A DNA stretch of 64,000 bases from Macrostomum lignano. Taxonomy: Eukaryota. The notes under the pieces are model-generated. The model was not told the origin of the DNA, did no database searches, and saw nothing but the letters and a program-made list of their open reading frames with translations. Shown piece after piece: positions 35,801 to 47,604 of the stretch (the first letter of the stretch is position 1; each line of letters begins with the position of its first letter). The translations under genes were made by a program, and so were the position numbers. Location: NCBI GenBank assembly GCA_002269645.1, contig NIVC01000740.1, positions 124,001-188,000 on the forward strand, given 5' to 3'.

Positions 35801-38800
35801 TCTAGCCTATCATGGATGAAGGAATAGAATGGATTGCTAATCTAGCCTATCATGGATGCAGGAATAGAATGGATTGCTAATCTAGCCTATCATGGGTGCA
35901 GGAATAGAATGGATTGCTAATCTAGCCTATCATGGATGCAGGAATAGAATGGATTGCTAATCTAGCCTATCATGGATGAAGGAATAGAATGGATTGCTAA
36001 TCTAGCCTATCATGGATGAAGGAATAGAATGGATTGCTAATCTAGCCTATCATGGATGAAGGAATAGAATGGATTGCTAATCTAGCCTATCATGGATGAA
36101 GGAATAGAATGGATTGCTAATCTAGCCTATCATGGATGAAGGAATAGAATGGATTGCTAATCTAGCCTATCATGGATGAAGGAATAGAATGGATTGCTAA
36201 TCTAGCCTATCATGGATGAAGGAATAGAATGGATTGCTAATCTAGCCTATCATGATGCAGGAATAGAATGGATTGCTAATCTAGCCTATCATGGATGAAG
36301 GAATAGAATGGATTGCTAATCTAGCCTATCATGGATGCAGGAATAGAATGGATTGCTAATCTAGCCTATCATGGATGAAGGAATAGAATGGATTGCTAAT
36401 CTAGCCTATCATGGATGCAGGAATAGAATGGATTGCTAATCTAGCCTATCATGGATGAAGGAATAGAATGGATTGCTAATCTAGCCTATCATGGATGAAG
36501 GAATAGAATGGATTGCTAATCTAGCCTATCATGGATGAAGGAATAGAATGGATTGCTAATCTAGCCTATCATGGATGAAGGAATAGAATGGATTGCTAAT
36601 CTAGCCTATCATGGATGCAGGAATAGAATGGATTGCTAATCTAGCCTATCATGGATGCAGGAATAGAATGGATTGCTAATCTAGCCTATCATGGATGCAG
36701 GAATAGAATGGATTGCTAATCTAGCCTATCATGGATGAAGGAATAGAATGGATTGCTAATCTAGCCTATCATGGATGAGGAATAGAATGGATTGCTAATC
36801 TAGCCTATCATGGATGAAGGAATAGAATGGATTGCTAATCTAGCCTATCATGGATGAAGGAATAGAATGGATTGCTAATCTAGCCTATCATGGATGAAGG
36901 AATAGAATGGATTGCTAATCTAGCCTATCATGGATGAAGGAATAGAATGGATTGCTAATCTAGCCTATCATGGATGAAGGAATAGAATGGATTGCTAATC
37001 TAGCCTATCATGGATGAAGGAATAGAATGGATTGCTAATCTAGCCTATCATGGATGAAGGAATAGAATGGATTGCTAATCTAGCCTATCATGGATGAAGG
37101 AATAGAATGGATTGCTAATCTAGCCTATCATGGGTGCAGGAATAGAATGGATTGCTAATCTAGCCTATCATGGATGCAGGAATAGAATGGATTGCTAATC
37201 TAGCCTATCATGGGTGCAGGAATAGAATGGATTGCTAATCTAGCCTATCATGGATGAGGAATAGAATGGATTGCTAATCTAGCCTATCATGGGTGCAGGA
37301 ATAGAATGGATTGCTAATCTAGCCTATCATGGATGAAGGAATAGAATGGATTGCTAATCTAGCCTATCATGGGTGCAGGAATAGAATGGATTGCTAATCT
37401 AGCCTATCATGGGTGCAGGAATAGAATGGATTGCTAATCTAGCCTATCATGGATGCAGGAATAGAATGGATTGCTAATCTAGCCTATCATGGGTGCAGGA
37501 ATAGAATGGATTGCTAATCCAGCCGATCATGGATTGCTAATCTAGCCTATCATGAATGCAGGAATAGAATGGATTGCTAATCTAGCCTATCATGGATGCA
37601 GGAATAGAATGGATTGCTAATCTAGCCTATCATGGATGCAGGAATAGAATGGATTGCTAATCTAGCCTATCATGGATGCAGGAATAGAATGGATTGCTAA
37701 TCTAGCCTATCATGGGTGCAGGAATAGAATGGATTGCTAATCTAGCCTATCATGGATGAAGGAATAGAATGGATTGCTAATCTAGCCTATCATGGGTGCA
37801 GGAATAGAATGGATTGCTAATCTAGCCTATCATGGATGAAGGAATAGAATGGATTGCTAATCTAGCCTATCATGGGTGCAGGAATAGAATGGATTGCTAA
37901 TCTAGCCTATCATGGATGAAGGAATAGAATGGATTGCTAATCTAGCCTATCATGGGTGCAGGAATAGAATGGATTGCTAATCTAGCCTATCATGGGTGCA
38001 GGAATAGAATGGATTGCTAATCTAGCCTATCATGGATGCAGGAATAGAATGGATTGCTAATCTAGCCTATCATGGATGCAGGAATAGAATGGATTGCTAA
38101 TCTAGCCTATCATGGGTGCAGGAATAGAATGGATTGCTAATCAGCCGATCATGGATTGCTAATCTAGCCTATCATGATGCAGGAATAGAATGGATTGCTA
38201 ATCTAGCCTATCATGGATGCAGGAATAGAATGGATTGCTAATCTAGCCTATCATGGATGCAGGAATAGAATGGATTGCTAATCTAGCCTATCATGGATGC
38301 AGGAATAGAATGGATTGCTAATCTAGCCTATCATGGGTGCAGGAATAGAATGGATTGCTAATCTAGCCTATCATGGATGCAGGAATAGAATGGATTGCTA
38401 ATCTAGCCTATCATGGGTGTAGGAATAGAATGGATTGCTAATCTAGCCTATCATGGATTGCTAATCTAGCCTATCATGGGTGCAGGAATAGAATGGATTG
38501 CTAATCTAGCCTATCATGGGTGCAGGAATAGAATGGATTGCTAATCTAGCCTATCATGGGTGCAGGAATAGAATGGATTGCTAATCTAGCCTATCATGGA
38601 TGCAGGAATAGAATGGATTGCTAATCTAGCCTATCATGGATGCAGGAATAGAATGGATTGCTAATCTAGCCTATCATGGGTGCAGGAATAGAATGGATTG
38701 CTAATCCAGCCGATCATGGATTGCTAATCTAGCCTATCATGAATGCAGGAATAGAATGGATTGCTAATCTAGCCTATCATGGATGCAGGAATAGAATGGA

Positions 38801-39962
38801 TTGCTAATCTAGCCTATCATGGATGCAGGAATAGAATGGATTGCTAATCTAGCCTATCATGGATGCAGGAATAGAATGGATTGCTAATCTAGCCTATCAT
38901 GGGTGCAGGAATAGAATGGATTGCTAATCTAGCCTATCATGGATGCAGGAATAGAATGGATTGCTAATCTAGCCTATCATGGGTGTAGGAATAGAATGGA
39001 TTGCTAATCTAGCCTATCATGGATTGCTAATCTAGCCTATCTTGGGTGCAGGAATAGAATGGATTGCTAATCTAGCCTATCATGGGTGCAGGAATAGAAG
39101 GGATTGCTAATCCAGCCGATCATGGATTGCTAATCTAGCCTATCATGGATGCAGGAACAGAATGGATTGCTAATCTAGCCTATCATGGATGCAGGAATAG
39201 AATGGATTGCTAATCTAGCCTATCATGGGTGCAGGTATAGAATGGATTGCTAATCTAGCCTATCATGGATGCAGGAACAGAATGGATTGCTAATCTAGCC
39301 TATCATGGATGCAGGAATAGAATGGATTGCTAATCTAGCCTATCATGGATGCAGGAATAGAATGGATTGCTAATCTAGCCTATCATGGGTGCAGGAATAG
39401 AATGGATTGCTAATCTAGCCTATCATGGATGCAGGAATAGAATGGATTGCTAATCTAGCCTATCATGGGTGCAGGAATAGAATGGATTGCTAATCCAGCC
39501 GATCATGGATTGCTAATCTAGCCTATCATGGGTGCAGGAATAGAATGGATTGCTAATCTAGCCTATCATGGATGCAGGAATAGAATGGATTGCTAATCTA
39601 GCCTATCATGGGTGCAGGTATAGAATGGATTGCTAATCTAGCCTATCATGGGTGCAGGAATAGAATGGATTGCTAATCTAGCCTATCATGGATGCAGGAA
39701 TAGAATGGATTGCTAATCTAGCCTATCATGGATGCAGGAATAGAATGGATTGCTAATCTAGCCTATCATGGATGCAGGAATAGAATGGATTGCTAATCTG
39801 GCCTATCATGGATGCAGGAATAGAATGGATTGCTAATCTAGCCTATCATGGATGCAGGAATAGAATGGATTGCTAATCTAGCCTATCATGGGTGCAGGAA
39901 TAGAATGGATTGCTAATCTAGCCTATCATGGGTGTAGGAATAGAATGGATTGCTAATCTAAG
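26816..39962. repeat. 40-bp satellite (ggattgctaatctagcctatcatggatgcaggaatagaat), ~13.1 kb, ~330 copies
   Basis: Near-perfect head-to-tail array. The core is homogeneous, with variant-rich zones towards the right end. Confidence 0.99.
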
Positions 39963-40282
39963 GATTGCTACGAGGCAATTCAGTTGGTATAACACAAGAA
40001 TAGCTATTCAAAAGACTTTAAATTTTCTTTGCGATCTGTTTCTGCCGTTTTGCAACTCATTTGTCTGTTATTATTTTTGAATCACTTATTTGGGTCCTTT
40101 TTCTTGCTGTGTGTTTGTCTAAATATGAAATTCTTTCAGCGCTACTGTAAGTAGCACGTGTAGGTTATTTAACTGTTTAACATTTAATATCCTGCAACTG
40201 GCTTTTAATCTTTTTTTGAATGGCGACCTTGGTAATAAAACTCCAAATCCCCGGGAACACTGTGTGAATCCGAATTAATACC

Positions 40283-40920
40283 TGTGTGAATGCCAGAGAG
40301 CACTGTCTGAGTCCAGTGAATGCTGTGTGAATGCCAGAGAGCACTTTCTGAGTCCCAGTGAATGCTGTGTGAATGCCAGAGAGCACTGTCTGAGTCCCAG
40401 TGAATGCTGTGTGAATGCCAGAGAGCACTTTCTGAGTCCCAGTGAATGCTGTGTGAATGCCAGAGAGCACTGTCTGAGTCCCAGTGAATGCTGTGTGAAT
40501 GCCAGAGAGCACTGTCTGAGTCCCAGTGAATGCTGTGTGAATTTGCCAGAGAGCACTGTCTGAGTCCCAGTGAATGCTGTGTGAATTTGCCAGAGAGCAC
40601 TGTTTGAGTCCAGTGAATGCTGTGTGAATGCCAGAGAGCACTGTCTGAGTCCCAGTGAATGCTGTGTGAATGCCAGAGAGCACTGTCTGAGTCCCAGTGA
40701 ATGCTGTGTGAATTTGCCAGAGAGCACTGTCTGAGTCCCAGTGAATGCTGTGTGAATTTGCCAGAGAGCACTGTTTGAGTCCAGTGAATGCTGTGTGAAT
40801 GCCAGAGAGCACTGTCTGAGTCCCAGTGAATGCTGTGTGAATTTGCCAGAGAGCACTGTCTGAGTCCAGTGAATGCTGTGTGAATGCCAGAGAGCACTGT
40901 CTGAGTCCCAGTGAATGCTG
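40283..40920. repeat. ~42-bp minisatellite (gtgaatgccagagagcactgtctgagtcccagtgaatgctgt)
   Basis: 14-residue periodicity in translation; 41- and 44-bp variants occur. Confidence 0.93.
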
Positions 40921-41404
40921 TAAATAGCTGTCCAGCTCAGAGTGGCTCAGTACATGGGGTTGGCAGCAGGCATAAATTGGCTGCCGCCCAAGCCCGCAGC
41001 CGGACTGTCCGGGCGCCGTCCCACTTTGGCCAGACGGAGCGCCGGCTCGAATTTCGTTCGCTTCACTAAAAAATTGTGCAAAATCCTAAATGTTGTCCTC
41101 CGCGTCATCGGGCTGCACCTCTCGGGAGCGCGGCGGGCCGTGCCAGGCATCGGGTGTCCGCGCGGGGGCGGCCGGAGCTCCGGCGGGAGCACGGAAAGGA
41201 CGCTCCGCTCTTTTGTTCGCTGGTTTTTCTAGCGAGTTTGCAGGCGAGAGCGGAGCAAGACCAGCGTTTAGCAATGATTGATCTGACAGGTGGCGTGCTC
41301 AAGTGACTGATAACTGGCTTGACGGCACTGACAGCCTTTGGGGGCTGTGAATTTCATTTTGCCGAAAGTAGAATTGATGAGCTGCTATTAGAGAACAATG
41401 AATA

Positions 41405-42215
41405 GTAGACAGGATAAAATAGTAGACTGGGTAGATAGTAGACAGGGTAGATAGTAGACTGGGTAGATAGTAGACTGGGTAGATAGTAGACAGGGTAGAT
41501 AGTAGATTGGGTAGATCGTAGACTGGGTAGATAGTAGACAGGGTAGATAGTAGACTGGGTAGATAGTAGACTGGGTAGATAGTAGACAGGGTAGATAGTA
41601 GATTGGGTAGATCATAGACTGGGTAGATAGTAGACAGGGTAGATAGTAGATTGGGTAGATCGTAGACTGGGTAGATAGTAGACAGGGTAGATAGTAGACA
41701 GGGTAGATAGTAGACTGGGTAGATAGTAGACTGGGTAGATAGTAGACTGGGTAGATAGTAGACAGGGTAGATAGTAGACTGGGTAGATAGTAGACAGGGT
41801 AGATAGTAGACTGGGTAGATAGTAGACTGGGTAGATAGTAGACTGGGTAGATAGTAGACTGGGTAGATAGTAGACAGGGTAGATCGTAGACTGGGTAGAT
41901 AGTAGACAGGGTAGATAGTAGACTGGGTAGATCGTAGACTGGGTAGATAGTAGACAGGGTAGATAGTAGACTGGGTAGATAGTAGACAGGGTAGATAGTA
42001 GATTGGGTAGATGGTAGACTCGCAGGTAGGCAGTAGGCAGGTAGGCAGTAGGCAGGTAGGCAGTAAGCAGGGAAGCAGGTAGGCAGTAGGCAGGTAGGCA
42101 GGTAGGCAGTAAGCAGGGAAGCAGGTAGGCAGGTAGACAGGTAGGCAGTAGGCAGGTAGGCAGTAGGCAGGTAGGCAGTAAGCAGGTAGGCAGGTAGGCA
42201 GTAGGCAGGGAAGCA
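41405..42215. repeat. 16-bp minisatellite (c[a/t]gggtagatagtaga) grading into an aggcagt/aggcaggt repeat
   Basis: Direct tandem copies at 41405-42015; a related shorter-unit repeat at 42020-42215. Confidence 0.93.
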
Positions 42216-42832
42216 GAGTGTTCAAAGAGACCTGCATGCCCCGCTAATTGAAAAGCAGCCAGCAGCAAAGCTCGGTCCGGGCTTTTCTGCTCTCCCACGC
42301 GAAAGTATCGAGTGGCAAATCCGCGCTCTGCGCCGGCGTCTTTGCCGAAATTGAAGTCTCCAATTTCTTAAAGTTGCTTTGCGTGCTGCCCAACTCCAAG
42401 GCCGCTCCTCAAAGTCTCTGAGCAGCCTCGAAGCCTAAGGGTTGCCTTACAGTGCGCCTGCACTCTGCAGCTGGCGGAGACAGTAAGATAAACAAAAATT
42501 TGAAAACTGAAATTTCTGACTTCAGCGGAGCAGCGCGTTGATCATCAGAAGGGCAGAGCGCGGTCAGGTGCATTTGGGGCTGGCGTGCACGGATATTGGC
42601 TGGGGGGTGCCATGCGATTCACACAGGTGATCAGGCCAACCCCCAAGGCACAGAGCAGAGTGTACATGCGTAACGATTAGAAAGTCAGGGCCGCTGTGCA
42701 CCCGCTGTGAGCGCGTGTGCGAGTGGCGCCTGCTTGCATGTGTCACTATGGATTTTATGAAGGGGGGACAAAGGCTAGAATTCTACATGACTAAATTCCT
42801 ACATTATTTTGGGAATCGGTGTTGTTATCACA

Positions 42833-44030
42833 TTTTGGCGCCGAAGGCAGGCACTCATTTTGGCGCCGCAGGCATTCATTTTGGCGCCGCAGGCACTCAT
42901 TTTGGCGCCGCAGGCATTCATTTTGGCGCCGCAGGCACTCATTTTGGCGCCGCAGGCACTCATTTTGGCGCCGCAGGCACTCATTTTGGCGCCACAGGCA
43001 CTCATTTTGGCGCCACAGGCACTCATTTTGGCGCCACAGGCACTCATTTTGGCGCCGAAGGCAGGCACTCATTTTAGCGCCGCATATCACAGGCACCCAC
43101 TTTCGCGCCACAGGCACTCATTTTAGCGCCGCAGGCACTCATTTTAGCGCCGCAAACAGGCACCCACTTTCGCGCCACAGGCACTCATTTTGGCGCCGAA
43201 GGCAGGCACTCATTTTAGCGCCGCATATCACAGGCACCCACTTTCGCGCCACAGGCACTCATTTTAGCGCCGCAGGCACTCATTTTAGCGCCGCAAACAG
43301 GCACCCACTTTCGCGCCACAGGCACTCATTTTGGCGCCGCAGTTGCTCATTTTCGCACCACACGCAGTCATTTTGGCGCCACAGGCACTCATTTTGGCGC
43401 CACAGGCACTCATTTTGGCGCCGAAGGCAGGCACTCATTTTGGCGCCGCAGGCACTCATTTTAGCGCCGCAGACAGGCACTCATTTTAGCGCCGCAGACA
43501 GGCACTCATTTTAGCGCCGCAGACAGGCACTCATTTTGGCGCCGCAGGCACTCATTTTAGCGCCGCAGACAGGCACCCACTTTCGCGCCACAGGCACTCA
43601 TTTTCGCACCACAGGCACTCATTTTGGCGCCGCAGGCACTCATTTTAGCGCCGCAGATCACAGGCACCCACTTTCGCGCCACAGGCACTCATTTTGGCGC
43701 CGCAGGCACTCATTTTGGCGCCGCAGGCACTCATTTTAGCGCCGCAGATCACAGGCACCCACTTTCGCGCCACAGGCACTCATTTTCGCGCCACAGGCAC
43801 TCATTTTCGCGCCACAGGCACTCATTTTGGCGCCGCAGGCACTCATTTTAGCGCCGCAGACAGGCACCCACTTTCGCGCCACAGGCACTCATTTTCGCGC
43901 CACAGGCACTCATTTTCGCGCCACAGGCACACATTTTGGCGCCGCAGACAGGCACTCATTTTCGCGCCACAGGCACTCATTTCGGCGCCACAGGCACTCA
44001 TTTTGGCGCCACAGGCACTCATTTTGGCCC
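42833..44030. repeat. 21-bp minisatellite (ttttggcgccgcaggcactca) with longer variants
   Basis: 7-residue periodicity (GTHFGAA). ORFs appear in all frames with no protein-like uniqueness. Confidence 0.95.
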
Positions 44031-44524
44031 CATAAGCAGACCTAGCAGGACACAAAAATTCTTAGATTTAGATCCACAGAATAATGCACAGGAAATAGAA
44101 CAAGATTTTTTGATTTAATGCATTTTTCATTTCTCCTCTTTCCTAACTAAATGGAGCTCAGGGGCTCATTTAGAATTTGTTCGCCTGCAAATAATAAGTA
44201 TATTAGCTGTAAAGTAAGAGGACAATGTAATTTTAGTGCTACATGACAGCAAGATGGGGGCATTGGGTCTAAGAAAATCAGGTTCGGCAGAGCGAATATT
44301 CAGTATGTCGGGAGAGGCCTCTGCTTTCATGTGCAGAATGCTGGCTAATAAATGCTACTGCAAACAAAAAACTGTCTTGGAAAAAAGATTCAATTTTGCA
44401 TGAAAAAAATAATTGTCATGACGGGTATACCACATTGGAAAAGATTTTAGTTTTTATCAAAAATGAGTCATTCTAAGACTTAAAGTGCACAGGGCTTTGC
44501 TTTGCTCTTTTCTTTTCAGTGGCT

Positions 44525-44682
44525 CAGCCAATCAGAGCGGGGCGGGGCAGCCAAGCGTCTCTCTCAGCCTGTCAGCCAATCAGAGCGGGGCGGGGCAGCC
44601 AAGCGTCTCTCTCTCAGCCTGTCAGCCAATCAGAGCGGGGCGGGGCAGCCAAGCGTCTCTCTCTCAGCCAGCCAGCCAATCA
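44525..44682. promoter_or_regulatory. Triplicated 48-50-bp unit with a CCAAT box (CAGCCAATCAGAG) and a GC box (GGGGCGGGG), in the TXNDC9 3'UTR
   Basis: Units start at 44525, 44573 and 44623. A fourth partial CAGCCAATCA at 44673 overlaps the TXNDC9 stop codon. Any regulatory role is inferred from motif content only. Confidence 0.35.
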
Positions 44683-45417
44683 CCAGTCGTCCTCATCGTC
44701 ATCCGAGTCGTCATCCGCCTTGTCGCCACGGATCGTCTTGCCCGAAGGCTTCTTGCCGCTGGCACCTCCTTTGCCGCCTTTGCCGCCTTTGCCGCCTTTC
44801 CCGCCGCCAGCTCCGCCCTGCTGACGGCCGGCCGCCGAGTCCGGCGGGGTCTCCAGGTCGCCGCGATAGTCGATGACCTCCGAGCGGGCCAGACGCCACT
44901 CCAACATCTCTGTGGAGAAATTGTCGTGGCCGCCCAGATCGTCGAAGCCGACAATGTAGTCCTTGACTTTCTCGTCCTTGACGATGCACAAAGTCGGGAT
45001 GACGCGGACGCCGAGGCGCCGGGTCAGGAAGGGCGCTTTCTCGACGCTGATTCGCACGAATTTGCACTCAATGTGGCGCGGCGCCAGCGCGGTGAGGTGG
45101 CGGTCAACAATGCCGCAGCGGAAGGTCGTGTCCCGGTAGAAGTGGCACACCAGCCGCTTGCTTCGCATGGACTCGTCAAAGAAGTCGCGCTCCTGTGTGA
45201 GCTCGGCCAGACTGCCGTGCCCGTTGGCCAGCCACTCGTCCCGCTGCTTGGCCTGTTCCTTCAGCTGGCGCAGCCGGCGCTCCCGCAGCCGCTCCAGGTC
45301 GTCCTCGTTGAGGTTCTCCAGCCGCTCGATCTCGTTGTCGAGACGCTGCTCGATCATCTTGGCGGCGCGGACCATCTGGGTCTCCAGCACCTTCTCCAGC
45401 TGCGCGTTGCCCGTCAT
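44680..45417 (-). CDS. TXNDC9: Thioredoxin domain-containing protein 9 (phosducin-like 3 / APACD), 245 aa, intronless
   Basis: DDLERLRERRLRQLK...W...GHG...E...E.DFF, VCHFY...TFRC.IVD.HL..LA..H.E.KF, KAPFL..RL...VIPTL, DDLGG.D.FSTEMLEWRL, followed by a G/K-rich and acidic tail. Confidence 0.95.
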   Translation of the reverse strand: MTGNAQLEKVLETQMVRAAKMIEQRLDNEIERLENLNEDDLERLRERRLRQLKEQAKQRDEWLANGHGSLAELTQERDFFDESMRSKRLVCHFYRDTTFRCGIVDRHLTALAPRHIECKFVRISVEKAPFLTRRLGVRVIPTLCIVKDEKVKDYIVGFDDLGGHDNFSTEMLEWRLARSEVIDYRGDLETPPDSAAGRQQGGAGGGKGGKGGKGGKGGASGKKPSGKTIRGDKADDDSDDDEDDW

Positions 45418-45764
45418 TTTCTTTCAGTTTGCTTTTGGTTGGCGGCCGGGCTGTTGCTGGGGGGATTGAGCTCGAGTGAGCAAGTTGGCTGAGCAAGTGC
45501 TCAGCTGCTGCCACATGCTGGCTTTGAGAGCACAAGCGCTGGCGCAGGATTGCGTCTATGGCCGGCCGCTGTTGCAAAAGTACATGCTGAACTGAGCTTC
45601 AAAAGGATGACTAAAAGTAATTCCAAGGGTTTTCCCAATTTAACTGCCGCACGACTATAGAAAGAATTTTTGATAGATAAAATTGTACTAATCCTCATTT
45701 ATGACCCTTGATCAAATGATTCTAAGAATCTACAATAAGATAGTCTTCAATGATAACAAATGAT

Positions 45765-46685
45765 CTCAGATGATCTCAAATGGACTCATGCAGATGATCC
45801 CAGATGGACTCAGATGATCCCAGATGGACTCAGATTGATCCCAGATGGACTCAGATGATCCCAAATGGTCTCAGATAATTCCAAATGGACTCAGATGATC
45901 CCAAATGGTCTCAGATGATCCCAAATAGTCTCAGATAATCTCAAATGGTCTCAGATGATCCGAGATAGACTCAGATGATCCCAAATGGTCTCAGATGATC
46001 CCAAATGGACTCAGATGATCCCAAATTGTCTTAGATGATCCCAGATGGACTCAGATGTTCCCAGATGGTCTCAGATGATCTCAAATGGACTCATGCAGAT
46101 GATTGCAGATGGACTCAGATGATCTCAAATGGACTCAGATGATCCCAAATGGTCTCAGATGATCCCAAATGGTCTCAGATGATCCCAAATGGTCTCAGAT
46201 GATCCCAAATGGTCTCAGATGATCCCAAATAGTCTCAGATAATCTCAAATGGTCTCAGAAGATCCGAGATGGACTCAGATGATCCCAAATGGTCTCAGAT
46301 GATCCCAAATGGTCTCAGATGATCCCAAATTGTCTTAGATGATCCCAGATGGACTCAGATGTTCCCAGATGGTCTCAAATGATCTCAAATGGACTCATGC
46401 AGATGATCTCAGATGATCTCAAATGGACTCAGATGATCCCAAATGGACTCAGATGATCCCAAATGGACTCAGATGATCCCGAATGGTCTCAGATGATCCC
46501 AAATGGTCTCAGATAATCCCAAATGGTCTTAGATGATCCCAAATTGTCTTAGATAATCCCAGATGGACTCAGATGATCCCAGATTGACTCAGATAATCTC
46601 AAATGGACTCAGATGGTCCCAAATGGTCTCAGATAATCTCAAATGGACTCAGATGGCCCCAAATGATCTCAGATGATCCCGAACT
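45765..46685. repeat. 20-bp minisatellite (agatgatcccaaatgg[t/a]ctc), ~45 copies
   Basis: Direct tandem copies between TXNDC9 and SIDT. Confidence 0.93.
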
Positions 46686-47125
46686 GATCTAGAGTAATTC
46701 CAAAAGCGGACATGAAGAAATAGATTGCTTTTTCCTGTTGCTGATCGGCAAAAATAATATTCCAGCAAATAATTTAATTTTTAATTGAAGTTCGGGCATT
46801 AATACGTTTTTTTCTACAATAAATACACATGTACCCGCTGAATTCAAACTGTGCACAGGGCGGTCTTTTAAACACTGTGTTGACACGCAATATGTAGTAT
46901 GAAGGAACAAAAAATTAAAATAATAAAATCGAAACAGTAAAACAAATATTAGCAGTGATTCTAAGGGGAATTGGATATACAAAGGAAATTTTTAGGACTT
47001 CTTTTCTAAAAGCACGTGCGCTGCTATGGCTCAGGCTCTGGCTATGCTAGACTGCGTTGAATTAGTAAGCTGTCGGAATATGAGCTAACCAAACACGAGA
47101 TTGGGGGGGGGGCTACCAGGACAGT

Positions 47126-47595
47126 CAGGACACCCGGATGTGTGAGCATTGAGGACACCCGGATGTGTGAGCATTCATGACAGTCAGATGTGTCAGCATT
47201 TATGACACCCGGATGTGTGACTGTTCAGGACACCCGGATGTGTAACTATTCAGGACACCCGGATGTGTAACTATTCAGGACACCCGGATGTGTAAGCATT
47301 TATGACACCCGGATGTGTAACTATTCAGGACACCCGGATGTGTAACTATTCAGGACACCCGGATGTGTAAGCATTTATGACACCCGGATGTGTAACTATT
47401 CAGGACACCCGGATGTGTGAGCATTCAGGACACCCGGATGTGTGAGCATTCAGGACACCCGGATGTGTGAGCATTCAAGACACCCGGATGTGTGACTGTT
47501 CAGGACACCCGGATGTGTGACTGTTCAGGACACCCGGATGTTTGACTGTTCAGGACACCCGGATGTGTGAGCACTCTGGACACCCGGATGCGTGT
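47126..47595. repeat. 25-bp minisatellite (caggacacccggatgtgtgagcatt) immediately 3' of the SIDT stop
   Basis: About 19 direct copies. The core ACACCCGGATG is identical to the last codons of the SIDT ORF (47610-47620). Confidence 0.93.
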
Positions 47596-47604
47596 CAGGT
47601 CAGG

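Noticed and set aside
26816-39962. CRISPR-like appearance of the regular arrays
   Set aside because: Head-to-tail units with no unique spacers and no cas genes, in a eukaryotic context.
40936-41070. Candidate downstream exon for N6AMT1 after the acceptor gtccag
   Set aside because: The phase-compatible translation lacks HEMK2 C-terminal motifs and stops early.
40177-44118. Many overlapping ORFs (GTHFGAA, STIYPVYYLP, HTAFTG repeats)
   Set aside because: Minisatellite translations, open in several frames.
44485-45577. 335-aa and other ORFs antisense or out of frame to TXNDC9
   Set aside because: Shadow ORFs of a GC-rich coding strand.
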